Positions 13,362 through 25,643 of a DNA stretch of 64,000 bases are shown here, piece after piece. The first letter of the stretch is position 1, and the number at the start of each line of letters is the position of its first letter. Source of the DNA: Eledone cirrhosa (Eukaryota); NCBI GenBank assembly GCA_964016885.1, contig OZ024742.1, forward strand, positions 313,596,001-313,660,000, read 5' to 3'. The notes under the pieces are model-generated. The model was not told the origin of the DNA, made no database searches, and was given only the letters and a program-made list of their open reading frames with translations. A program made the translations under genes and the position numbers.

Positions 13362-13623
13362 AATACATATAAAAATGAGAAAACTCATGGCTAGAACAGC
13401 TATTACAACAGTTAAATGCTGTTAAAGACAGCAATGGTAAAAAATGGCTCTGAGGACAGAGACCAGCAGCCAGTGGTCAACAGAGACAATCCACAAGGTA
13501 GGAGACAGACAGGTTAAACATGTTTCTATCCTCTGAGGCATTTTTGCCCATTGCTGTCTATGACAGCATTTAGCTGTTTTAATGGCTGTTCTTACGATGA
13601 GTTTTCTCATTTTCATATGTATT
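13362..13623. repeat. Imperfect long inverted repeat (~100-bp arms), old MITE-like fold-back
   Basis: aatacatataaaaatgagaaaactcat...ctgagga pairs with tcctctgaggc...atgagttttctcattttcatatgtatt. Confidence 0.75.
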
Positions 13624-14185
13624 AAATTTTAAATTCAAAACATGATTAAAGATAATATTAGAAAAATTTCAATAGGTAAATAGCAAGCTGGACCTGTTCA
13701 ACACATACAAGCATGGAACATCATCATCGTTAAACATACATTTTTCCATGCTTGCATGGGTTGGACAGGTTGTCACATTATGAGACATGTCAGCTCCAGA
13801 GACCAACATGCTCATACAGATCTGTATTTTAGTTTGGTTTCCACAGATGTCCTTCTAAACACAAGCCATGTTATAGTGTAAACTGGGTGTTTTTTTTTTA
13901 TTGTGGCACCAAAATGACTACCACCTAACAAGGTGAACTAGGTGCTTTACTTAACATCCTGTAATGATATAGCAGAAAATATCTAAATTTAGGTTTGTCA
14001 ATTCAAATGCTTATACCATCTTTACTAGTGGATAGATTATTGTGAAAATTTACAGAATTAAAGTAAAAACTTAAATTTAAGTGATGCTGTTTTATACTTT
14101 TCAAGAATGTCTGGCTCATGTGTTTTTAAGCAGTACAGGACATGAAGAGTTAGTATACTATTGAATAATAAAGTTTGATATTTCT

Positions 14186-14388
14186 TTAACCTTTTCACAT
14201 TTAAACCAGCTGTATCCGGCTAGAATCTCTCACCTCTTTCTGTTCAAACCGGCCATAATTGGCTGCTCATACTTATATTAAGGTATTGTTCTCAAAATAA
14301 ATAATATCAAAATCTCATAGATTCGATATTATGTGAGATAAAGCTTTTACTGTGAAAATACAATAGTAAATATAGAGTAAAGGGTTAA
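14186..14388 (-). mobile_element. piggyBac-like MITE
   Basis: Same family; TTAA at both ends. Confidence 0.8.
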
Positions 14389-14912
14389 GGATAATTACCT
14401 CCTACAAATCTCAGAGGGTATGCTGCCCCTACTTTTTTGATTAAGCTTGAAAAAAAGATTGGCCACTTGGTGCTCATACATTACATCCATAGATTGCTTA
14501 TACTGGTTTAACAAGGGAACACTCTATATAGTTGTCTGGTAGAAATAACTAATTCTTGCATATCAGGCCAGAACTTATCTCAGTTTCACTAGTGGTAAGT
14601 GATTGAGGGTACAAGAGAGTACATGGAAGGGCAGATTCTATGATGTCTTGGATGCATTAAGCCTAAAAAAGTGATGAGGTGTCATGGTTGAAGTGTTTTT
14701 AATTGTGGTCTACTTGATAAAGGTTCAACTGTGAACTGACTGCAGCAGTAACATTATCAAAGCCAATGAGTGAGCATAATTCTGGTCACTTGACCTGCTA
14801 AAAATAGCAGATAACTTGCCCAAGAATTACATTTTCCCATCTTAAAAAGAGAACAATACATTGACTTATATAGACCTAGCAGATTCATCATCATCGTTTT
14901 TTGTCTGCTTCC

Positions 14913-14975
14913 CATGCTGGTGTGGGTTGGATGGGTTATCAGGTTCTGATAACCCATCCAACCCACACCAGCATG
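14913..14975. repeat. Perfect 30-bp-stem hairpin with a 3-nt loop
   Basis: catgctggtgtgggttggatgggttatcag GTT ctgataacccatccaacccacaccagcatg. Confidence 0.9.
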
Positions 14976-15189
14976 TTTTGCTCATATGTTTCATATTTGG
15001 CAAGATTTCTAACACCAACCAGGATATGTCTGGGGAAAAAAACTGTGGGGGAAGGTGGTCACAACTGGAATGTCTAGTCACAAGCACACAATTGTATTTA
15101 TACATATATTCCTAAAGAACAACATACACAACATTAGAAAAACATCTGGATATGTATGTATGTGTGTATATATATATATAAATAAATAT

Positions 15190-15457
15190 ATAGTCCACAC
15201 TGTAAAGTGGTCATGATGGTGACACAACAAAAAGTGGCCAGCCCACATTGTAAAGTGGTTGTGTAGGAGTTATGACAAAAAACACCCAGCGCACACTGTA
15301 AATGTGGTTGGGGTTAGAAAGGGTATCCAGCTGTAGAAACCAAGCCAGAAACAGTTCTGTGTGAGCAAGACATGGTCACCGAACCCAACTTGCCTCAAAT
15401 AGAACAACCCGTCTTACCCATGCTAGTGTGGAAAATGGACGTTAAACGATGATGATG

Positions 15458-15493
<36 letters not shown>

Positions 15494-16372
15494 ATATATA
15501 TAATTCAAATTAGCATATATATATATATGTCATCATCATCATCATCATCATCATCATCGTTTAACGTCCATCTTCCACGCTTGCATGGGTTTGGACGGGA
15601 GTTTTCCCACTTGAAGCAAGATTTGTTGTCCTGTTCGTATAGGACTGTCTGGCGGGTTTTCTACGGCTGGATGCCCTTCCTAACACCAACCACGTTTACA
15701 GTGTGGACTGGGAGGTTTTTACCGTGTTACCTACACGGCCACATTACAGCGTAGACTGTGTGTTTTTTTGTCGTGACACCTACACGTCTGGCGGGTTTTC
15801 TACGGCTGGGTGCCCTTCCCAACACAAACCACGTTTACAGTGTGGACTGGGAGATTTTTACTGTGTTACCTACACGACCACATTACGGCGTGGACTGTGT
15901 GTTTTTTTTTGTCGTGACACCTACACGACTTCATTTGTTTCGGATTGGATGTTGTGGTACCAACATAACTTCACATTTAAGGGGGGGTGTGGATGGGGTG
16001 GCGGGTAGTGGGACGGGAGTGTATTTTGTTAGAAGTGCCTACTGACTGTAGGTTTCGCTTTGTACTTAGGCAAGGCGGGTCTTCTGTATAACTGTGTAGC
16101 ACCATGTGTATATATATATCATCATCATCTTCGTTTAACGTCCATTTTCCATGCTAGCATGGGTTAGACGGGAATTGTCCCACTTGAGGCAAGGTTGGTC
16201 GTGTGACCGTGTCTTGCTCATATAGGACTATCTGGCAGGTTTTCTACGGCTGGATGCCCTTCCTAACACCAACCACATTTACAGTGTGGAACTGGGAACT
16301 TTTTACCGTGTTACCTACACGGCCACATTACAGCGTGGACTGTGTGTTTTTTTTTCTTGTGACACCTACACG
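15190..16372. mobile_element. Cluster of SINE family B copies (GGAAGGGCATCCAGCTGTAGAAAC core; (GAT)n tail)
   Basis: Plus copy 15190-15460; minus copies 15530-15960 and 16118-16372. The family ends in CCATGCTAGCATGGAAAATGGACGTTAAACGATGATGAT. Other copies at ~4345-4500, 11940-12160, 13715-13910, 17180-17330, 18455-18710, 20490-20760, 24305-24452, 38225-38370 and 42535-42918. Confidence 0.75.
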
Positions 16373-17577
16373 ATATATATATATATAAATATATATCATA
16401 CATTCATATATTTATTCTTTTATTGGTTTGTCATTATCTGTGGCCATGTATTAGATATTATGTATATCAGTCCATAATTTATGTCTTCCTCTCTCTCTGC
16501 ATACACACAAATACCCACACATATGTATATGCATTATATTCACCCCCCCCCCCCCCCCCCACACACACACGTACATATGTATGCCAAGATATCACACACA
16601 CATGCACATATAACCACAGATGTGTACATGTACAAGTATGTGTGCATAAGCATGCCAAGATATAAGTATATATATATATATGAATTGCTCATAAAACAGA
16701 TTCTCTGAGGCATGTATGAAAGCAATTCCTGTTCTAGTTTCCTACCATGCCTCTACCCTATTAGGTAAGGGCAGAGGGGAACATTTGCTTTTATTTGTTC
16801 AAAGAGCTCTCTCTCTCTCTCTCTCTCTTTTTCTTATTTCCTTTTAACAATTTTTTTTTTACAAAACAATTGACAATAATAGCAGTGCTTAAGCAGTTCC
16901 GTTGTTGAACCCTTCTTTCTCAGTTTGAAAATATCTCTGTACACAATTATGACCCTTTAATTACACATGTGTAAATACTCACACATTTAAAACCATTACT
17001 ATCCATCATATTTTCCCTCAACCCCCAACATACACATCTAAGAAGTCTTTATTTGATGTTGGTATAAGAGCCTTTATTTAGTAGCATGGTGTGATATGTT
17101 TTATGTATTTTCTTTTGTTCCAGTATTTTTTCTTTTTACCCTTTCATTTCTATATTTCTAATTAAATACTTTCTTCCTCATCATCATCACTGTTTAACAA
17201 CTATTTTCCATGCTTGTGTAGGTTAAATGACTGTCATGTGCCAACACAGTCAGATGACTAGGTCCTGCTTGTACTCTTTGTTTTAGTTTGGTTTCTACAG
17301 CTGGATGCCCTTTACAGTGTGGGCTGGAGGCTTCACACAATGAATATAAATAGGGCTAACCCAAAAAGAGAGCTTCATTGCAGTTAGAATGTCTCTGATT
17401 GTAAGTCTGTTTAATGAGAACTTACCTTGTGTTAAACAACAACCACTGTGGTAAAAACCTAGGCTGCTAGCTAATTAAAAATATACATCTAGTGAAACCT
17501 CCAGCCCAGACTGTAAAGTGGTCATGTAGGTGTCACAACAAAAAGCAATCAGTACTCACTGTAAATGAAGTTGGCAT

Positions 17578-17654
17578 GGTTACAGTTGTTAAGTCTTTTT
17601 TCATAAGTATGCTTGATCAAGCATACTTATGAAAAAGACTTACCAACTGTGACC
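17578..17654. repeat. Loopless near-perfect palindrome
   Basis: Centred on TGATCA (17614-19): ..tttttcataagtatgcttga|tcaagcatacttatgaaaaa.. Confidence 0.85.
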
Positions 17655-18221
17655 GTCCTATTTTGTGTTTAGAACTATCTAGGACTACATTCTTTAATGT
17701 GTCCTCATTTTTAAGATGGGGTTTGATTTGAAGGAAGTATGGCTACTATTTTTTGGAAGTAGTTGACTATGTAGAGGCCTTTTTGATGGCTTGTTTTACC
17801 ACAGTTAATATACAGATGTATGAGACCAGAGTTACTGTTCAAGTACAAAGACAAATGCAAACGTATGTGTTACATACAGGAGTTGAGTTTGCTCTAAGTT
17901 GACACTAGCTTATCTGTTAATAATGAGTGAGTCTTTTTAGTTTCTCTACTAAGCAGAACATTAACATTTTTTTTTCCAAGATGTAATAAATTCAATTTCT
18001 TATTTGTGTAGATGACCCATCATGATAAATGAGGAGTTTTCTAACATGAAACATACTTTTGCTTTGTAAATTATTTGCAGCTGTTCAGAGCTGAAGTACT
18101 TTTATTGGCCTTGAAAAAGATCTTAGCTTTTATGATGCAAGTTTTTCCACGTAGTGTATGTGGAGGTCTTTATTTGAAGCTTTAATAAATTATGTCAAGT
18201 ATATATATGTATATATATTTA

Positions 18222-18415
18222 TATTTATTAAAATAACAGATTAAAGTTTAAGCAAAGAATCGCTGCTTTCAGAAGATCCTGTTATGGGTGAAAGCAGCGA
18301 TTCTTTGCTTAAACTTTAATCTGATATTTGAATAAATATTTGCTCTACGGTTTTATATATTTTTTATATATATTATCCTTATCGAGCTCTCTTCGGATTT
18401 TAGTCTTCACATTTA
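18222..18415 (+). mobile_element. Hairpin element with hammerhead-like variant core; second family copy at ~21308-21515
   Basis: Arms atatttattaaaataacagattaaagtttaagcaaagaatcgctgctttca / tgaaagcagcgattctttgcttaaactttaatctga...; core CAGAAGA-TCC..GGGT-GAAA; tail atttgctcta...ggattttagtcttcacattta recurs at 21438-21515. Confidence 0.55.
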
Positions 18416-18724
18416 TATATATATATACATATATATCATCATCACATCATCACATCATCATCACTGTTTTACGTCCGTTCTTCCATGCTAGCATGGGTTA
18501 GACGGGTTGTCCTGTTGTGGGCAGTGTCTGGTCGGCTGACCATGCCATGCTCATACAGGAACTGATTTGGCTTGATTTCTACAGCTGGATGCCCTTCCTA
18601 ACACCAACCTCATTTACAGTGAGTTTCCATGGCGCCTACACGTCCACTTTACAGTGTGGGCTGGGTGGTTTTTTGTCGTGGCACCTCCACGACCACCTTG
18701 CAGTGGGAGGGTGTGGGGGCATAT

Positions 18725-18765
<41 letters not shown>

Positions 18766-19098
18766 TCATTTCATCATCATTTCATTTTACGTCCACTTTT
18801 CCCTGCTTGCAAGGGTGGGAGGGGAACTGATTCTGGATTGATTTCTACAACTGGATGCCCTTCCTAACACCAACCTCATTTACAGTGAGTGCTGGGTGCT
18901 TTTTTGCCGTGGCACCTCCACGACCACTTTGCAGTGGAATGAAAGGGACCCCAGTCCCTATCATCTCATTTCTACAGCTGAGTAAACTGGAGCAATGTGA
19001 AATAAAGTGCCTTGCTCAAGGAAACAACACATCACCCGGTCTGAGAATTGAACGCACAACCTTTCGATTGCAAGGCCAATGCTCTAAGCCATGTGCCT

Positions 19099-19143
<45 letters not shown>

Positions 19144-19158
19144 TATGTATGTATATTT

Positions 19159-19738
19159 CTAAGGCGGGTAAAATTCCCGAGATCCATGGACGAGTTCTCT
19201 CCAGCGGTCTCTGTCCCTCATTATCGCTGCCATGTCCTGCGTCTCCAACAGACCAGTGTCTGTCCTTAGGGCATCAACATACGTTAACCTTGGTCTTCCT
19301 CTTCTAGTGTGTCCATGTAGGGGCTTCCAAAGGAGCACTGAGTGTAATGTCAACTCTGGATGTCGGTGAGCATGTCCAGCCAACCTCAGTCTCCTCTGTG
19401 GGGCTGAGAATGAATGAGACTAAAACAAAATATCTGGTAGAGAATGTTGAGTAGCCAGAGGGGATCACTAATGTAGGCGGGAAGCCGCTAGAATTGGTTG
19501 AGGGCTTCCTGTATTTGGGAGCAAAGATTGGGAATACGGAAGATGATGTCGTTGAGAGGAAGAGCAAGGCCTGGGCGGCGTGCCACAGCTTGAGATTGGT
19601 GTGGAAGTCGGACCTTCGTAGAGACCTGAAAATCCGCCTCTTCATTGCTGTAGTGGAGTCTGTGCTGCTGTATGAGTCTGAGACTTGGACACTGACCAAG
19701 AAACTCACTCAGATGGTGGATGGGTGCTACACGAGAAT
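19159..19738. mobile_element. RTE-clade LINE fragment with internal inversion
   Basis: 19390-19738 (+) encodes the RT C-terminal region VGLRMNETKTK..FLYLG..LLYESETWTLT..YTRM; 19159-19388 (-) encodes the ORF end AGHAHRH..RRGRPRLTYVD..DRDRWRELV; flanked by (TA)n. Confidence 0.85.
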
Positions 19739-19739
19739 G

Positions 19740-19787
<48 letters not shown>

Positions 19788-20459
19788 TGATTAAAAGTTT
19801 AACAAGGTTCAATGAATTCATCAATGAATAAAGTTTTACAATAGATTATAAGCACTCTACAATGGTGGACACCATTTGCCTCCATCATGGAATCATGGAT
19901 CAACTAAACACTCTTGCTCCATTAGCACATTTTGAACTGCTTAACTTCAATGACTGTGCTTGTAAATAACATTATTTTTTCTTCCACATTGACTTTTTAT
20001 GCTCTACATTATGCACGTTTTTTTTTTGTTTTTTTTCACTTCATAAACCTTGTTTGTAAATACCATTATTCTTTCTGCACCTTCTCTTTAAGATGTGCGA
20101 CACCACACTTATACATTTCACTATCATTTGATAATGTATAAAAATGCAGAAACCGGTAATAGACAATAATTAAATATATAAATAGATAAATAAATGCCAT
20201 TGTTAAATAATAAATAAATCAACCAATACCTTAACACTTCACACAAAGTAAAACATTTCGTTTTAATCATTTTCTAACCCAGAAAAAAGAGAGAGAGAAA
20301 CAAAAAAGGAAAAATAAAATATTTTTCTTCCTAATAATCGTCTCTTTCTCCCTGATTTTATATATATATCCTAACTCGTGTGCTTCCTCTCCACATTTTA
20401 TTATTATTATTATATATATATATACATTTGTGTGTTTGTGTATATATATATATATATTT

Positions 20460-20490
<31 letters not shown>

Positions 20491-20859
20491 CATCATCATC
20501 ATCATCACCGTTTTACGTCCGTTCTTCCACGCTAGCATGGGTTAGACGGGTTGTCCTGTTGTGGGCAGTGTCTGGTCGGCTGACCATGCTTTGCTCATAC
20601 AGGAACTGATCTGGCTTGATTTCTACAGCTGGATGCCCTTCCTAACACCAACCTCATTTACAGTGAGTGCTGCGTGCTTTTTCGTGGCGCCTACACGTTC
20701 ACTTTACAGTGTGGGCTGGGTGCTTTTTTGCCGTGGCACCTCCACGACCACCTTGCGGTGGGGGGGGGCATATTGTTTATATGCTTCAGCATGTACCCAT
20801 GGGAGGTCGGGTACCCTGTATTACTGCGTGACGCCAGAAGTCACGGTCGTGTGTCATTG

Positions 20860-20890
<31 letters not shown>

Positions 20891-21067
20891 ACTATATAAA
20901 ATACAATATGTTGTAAGGGTAAAGCACTAGAGAGAGAGAGTGTGTGCCATCAATAAAACAAGGGAGCCACCAGTGTATGGAATCTATAATCTATGGAAGG
21001 CAGGGAGACGCACAATAATAACAAATATAAATTAAAATGCATATACGCACCTCTATAACTATATAAC

Positions 21068-21150
21068 ACACGCGTACAAATCCAAATAGATCTGTTTCGC
21101 CAAGAAATTGTTGACTGAAATGGTATCACCTATGGGTCATCAGCGCGTGT
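21068..21150 (-). ncRNA. Type I hammerhead ribozyme motif (different sequence family)
   Basis: Minus strand reads ACACGCG CTGATGA cCCA...TGGc GAAA CAGATCT attt GGATTT GTA CGCGTGT: perfect 7-bp stem I, 8-bp stem III with G-U pairs, GUA site; C-C mismatch at the base of stem II. Confidence 0.75.
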
Positions 21151-21397
21151 AAGACAGTACATTCCAGACAACTCTAAGAAAATCTAAGACAACCGTCCAG
21201 CAACACACGGCAGAGAGATGTGACAGCGTGCGTAGGGCACATACTTTAAAGGGAATAACGAGGGTCTATGGCTCCGTTAATTTATCGTGATATATAATTA
21301 TATATATATATTTATTAAAATAACAGATTAAAGTTTAAGCAAAGAATTGCTGCTTTCACCCTTAATGGGATCTTCTGAAACTCATATATATATATAC

Positions 21398-21439
<42 letters not shown>

Positions 21440-22668
21440 TTGCTCTAGGGTTCTTATATATTTGATATATATTTATCCTTATCAAGCCCTCTTTGGATTT
21501 TAGTCTTCACATTTATTACTATTACTATATATATATATAAACAAGAAAAAAAACAAAGATTTAATACAGAGGCAGCTGAACTAGTGATGTTATCGCAAGG
21601 ATGGTTTGCATTGGATACATACAGTGTCCCCAAAACACGTATACACACTTCAACAGCATTCTAATCAAAGTGTGTATACAGTTTTTGGGGGTACCCTGTG
21701 TGTGTGTATGCATGCTGGAGCAAACATTCTAATTCTTATTTAGGCTGAGCCAGCCTAAAGCTCCGTATGCAAAGGTAATTAATCAGCTCATATACTTAAG
21801 CAATGAAACTATATGTTTTTGGCTTATTTGAGTTCCAGTAGAAAGCAAGGAAGGGGTGCGTTACCTTGGTGACAGCCACACAACCAAAAAACATCCTCGT
21901 TTTTACACACATTTATTATGCTGCCAGTGTTTTATGGCTGAATGTTCTTCCTAAAGCCAATCCTGTAGTCCCAGATACAATATGTCTGGAAAAAAATATG
22001 CTGGAATACTTGTGAGTCTGCGCAGAGTTGACATAGGGTTAAACAATAAAAATGAAAAGAAAATGAAAAAAATGAAAAAAAAAAAAAACTCCATGAGTTT
22101 GCTTTGCAAACATTCAAGATCATCATCATCGTCGTCATCATCTTCATTATCATCACCACTACCATCATCATCACCATCATTATTGTTGTCACCACTACCT
22201 CCATCATATGAATATAAATGATTAAACAAATACAATGATTTTGAAAGTAATAGAGGCAGAATCATATGTTTTAAATAGAGTGGAAGTTAGAGCAGATGTT
22301 TGTCTCTGTAGATATGTAAAATAAGATGTTACCACTAGAGCAGAAGGGATGATGCAGATAGAGTGGAAGTTAGAGCAGATGTTTGTCTCTGTAGATATGT
22401 AAAATAACATGTTACCACTAGAGCAGAAGGGATGATGCAGATAGAGTGGAACTAAGGATCAATTAATTGCACATTTTAAAATGTTTATACTTATATTAAT
22501 TAGTCATTAGAGAATTGAATTTGCAATCATGAAATTGCAAGTTCAATTCCTGGACCGGGTGATGCATTATGTCCTTGGTATTGAGGGAAAGGCAAACAGT
22601 ATAAAATCAATCATCTCCTTTTTTATATACGATTATAAACAGTTTGAACTGAATAACTGCCAGTCTCC

Positions 22669-22897
22669 TTAATCCTTTAGAATTTACATTACTCTATATA
22701 TACTATTATATTTTCATTTTAAATACTTTATCTCATATAATTATCTCACATAATATCAAATCTACGATATTTTGATATTATTTATTTTGAGAATAATACC
22801 TTAACATAAGTATGAGCAGCTGGTTATGGCCGGTTTGAACAGAAAGAGGTGAGAGAATTCTGGCCGGATATGACTAGTTTAAATGCTAAATGGTTAA
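22669..22897 (+). mobile_element. piggyBac-like MITE
   Basis: Same family; TTAA at both ends. Confidence 0.8.
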
Positions 22898-24120
22898 TGT
22901 ATATACTACAGGGATTTAGAGAAGATACTGGACAAAATTTGGTATTTACAAATGTGAAGCTCTTTAAAAGGTTGATTTCATTGAGTATTATTTTATCTAC
23001 TTCTGATCTTGGAAGGTTGGAAAATTATGTAAACCTAGGAAGGATTAGAAGTGAGAACATAAAGGAATGCAACTACAATACCATTAAGATTGTACTAATT
23101 CACCCACTGTCATATATTGTTAATGAAAAGAAGCCAAAATAGTGGAAAGTAATGGAATACTATTGCTAGATAAGGAAGTTATAAAATAGGTAGGCGTGGG
23201 AGATTTAAAATACTTTACTATTTACAGAGTTTGATAAGATAAAGGAACATATTTAGAAAGGAATAACTTCATGAGGTTGGGAATTAATGAAATCTAGCCT
23301 GGTTGGGGAATATAAGACTAAATACACAGGAGATTGTGAAAAGGAAAAGAAGCAAACCAATTTCAAAATTGGACTAAGGAAATTGTTTCCATTGATATTT
23401 CCATTGCCAATACTCTCTCTTGATCACTGCAACTCCTGGTAGAAGGGTCACTGTTTATTTCCAGTGATAGGAAGTGGGGATTGAGCACATCACAAAAGGC
23501 CTCTTGTTTGATATTTTAACAATTTCACCATTTTACCTCCTTAGACTGGTACTTTATTTATTGACCCTGAAAGAATGACAGGCAAAGTTAACCTAGGTGT
23601 GATTTGGGCTCAAAGCACAGCGAGCCAGAACAAATGCCACAAAGCATTTTTTTTTGCAATGCTCTAATCACTGCTAAGTATTGTCAAATATGGTGAAGGA
23701 TTCCTTAAATAGAATAAAGAACAGGTTAATTTAGGAAACCTCTATATGCAAAGTTTATGTCTTAGGCATAATGTGTGTTTCAAGCCATGAAGCTCATTAG
23801 GCCTGTGCATTCATGCATGGTGCCATAACTCCCGAAGGAGTCATAGGGGCGCCATATTGACATACATCGTTTCTAGGGCATTTTAAAACCTGGTGGAGCC
23901 CATCTCCTCTCCAGGTGTGAATATTGCAGATTTCTTTCAGAGAAGGATAGAGAGTGAGAAAATGGAAGATAGAAAGAGATATAGAGGAAGAAGAATCAAC
24001 CCCAGTATTAGACCTTTTTTATCGACCTCGAAAGGACGAAAGCCAAAGTTGACCTCAAATTATATTATTAATCCCTTACAAATTCTATATACCCATGGTT
24101 TGTATACATACACGTGTATG

Positions 24121-24169
<49 letters not shown>

Positions 24170-24451
24170 TATATATATAAATTAATTAATTAAGAAAAGA
24201 ATGAAGTTTTCTTTCGAAACTTCATTGTTTTTTCTTTATACACTCTGCCTGTGCATTGAGTGCTCATATTGGTACCACCACCAGTAATTCACTGAAACTC
24301 CCATATCATCATCATCATCACCGTTTAATGTCCATCTTCCATGCTAGCATGGGTTAGACGAGTTTATCCCGTTTAGAGGCAAGTTGGGTCGGGTGACCGT
24401 GACTAACTCATATAGGACAGATTCTGGCTGGGTTTCTACGGCTGGATGCCC

Positions 24452-24494
<43 letters not shown>

Positions 24495-24497
24495 CAT

Positions 24498-24600
24498 ATA
24501 CAGTGTCACAAAAAATGATATCAACATTTCAGCAGCATTCTAATAAATATTATCTGCTCAGGTAATCAAAGCATGTATACATTTTTTGGGACACCCTGTA
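24498..24600. mobile_element. Mariner-like mini-MITE; second copy at 21620-21700
   Basis: TA-CAGTGTCACAAAAAATG ... CATTTTTTGGGACACCCTG-TA, with shared internal cagcattctaat. Confidence 0.6.
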
Positions 24601-25178
24601 CATATATAAACACTCACACATGCGCACATAAATATATATATATATACACACCCGTCTAACCCATGCTAGCGTGGAAGATAGACGTTAAACGATGATATAT
24701 ATCTATATCTATATATATATAGATATATCTATATCTATATATATATATAGGCCAGAGCAATGCTCTACAATACATAAAGTTTCTCACTAAGAACAATCTA
24801 CAATGTGGTAATTCCATCTTATCTTCTCTCAATCATTTTCATTCCTTTCTTCTTTTAACTTTTATTTCTTCTTTTATAATTTTTTTTTTTTATCTTTCTA
24901 TCTCATTTTTCTTACATGTTTTTGTTTCACCTTCCCAGTCTTACTATTTTTGTCTCATTTTGGGGGAAGGAAGAGTGGGGTGGGGTGTTAAACTTTATTG
25001 TTGGTTTCTTCTTATTCCTATTTCATTTCATTCACTTCACTCGTTTTTCTTTTCAATTTCTTTCTTTCGTTCTTTCTTTCTTATTCTCTCTTTCTTCCAT
25101 TTCTCTCCTCCCACCATCTCTCACTCCCTTTCTCTTGCATAGTATTTTCCTCTCTGTGTCATTTTTCTACCCACCCTT

Positions 25179-25222
<44 letters not shown>

Positions 25223-25470
25223 TCACCTACTCTTCCATTATCTCTACTTCTTTCATTATATTTCCTGCTCCTCTTCAACCTATCTTACATCTGGAGTATC
25301 ATTTCATTTTTTTTTTTAATTTGTAATACATTTAGATCTTTACTTTATTTCTGTTAGTAGGGTGGTGGATTGGCAGAATCATTAGTGTGTCAGACAAAAT
25401 GTGTTATTTGTTTTGAGTTCTAATCCTGTCATGGTCAACTTTGGCTTTCATCTTTCCAAAGTTGATAAAG

Positions 25471-25643
25471 TATTGTATTTCCTGGCGTTGAAGACGCTAC
25501 TTTTTTGCTAAAATAAATCTCAAAAATCTACCATGCGTCCTGGAGGCCAAAGGTTGTTTATTATTTTTTTTCAAATTTTTGGTTGTCAAAATTAGGGTGG
25601 GTCCTCAAGGACAAAGCGTCTTCGGCACCAGAAAATATGGTAC
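25471..25643. mobile_element. Tigger-like MITE
   Basis: Imperfect TIRs TATTGTATTTCCTGGCGTTGAAGACGC / GCGTCTTCGGCACCAGAAAATATGGTA. Confidence 0.6.
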
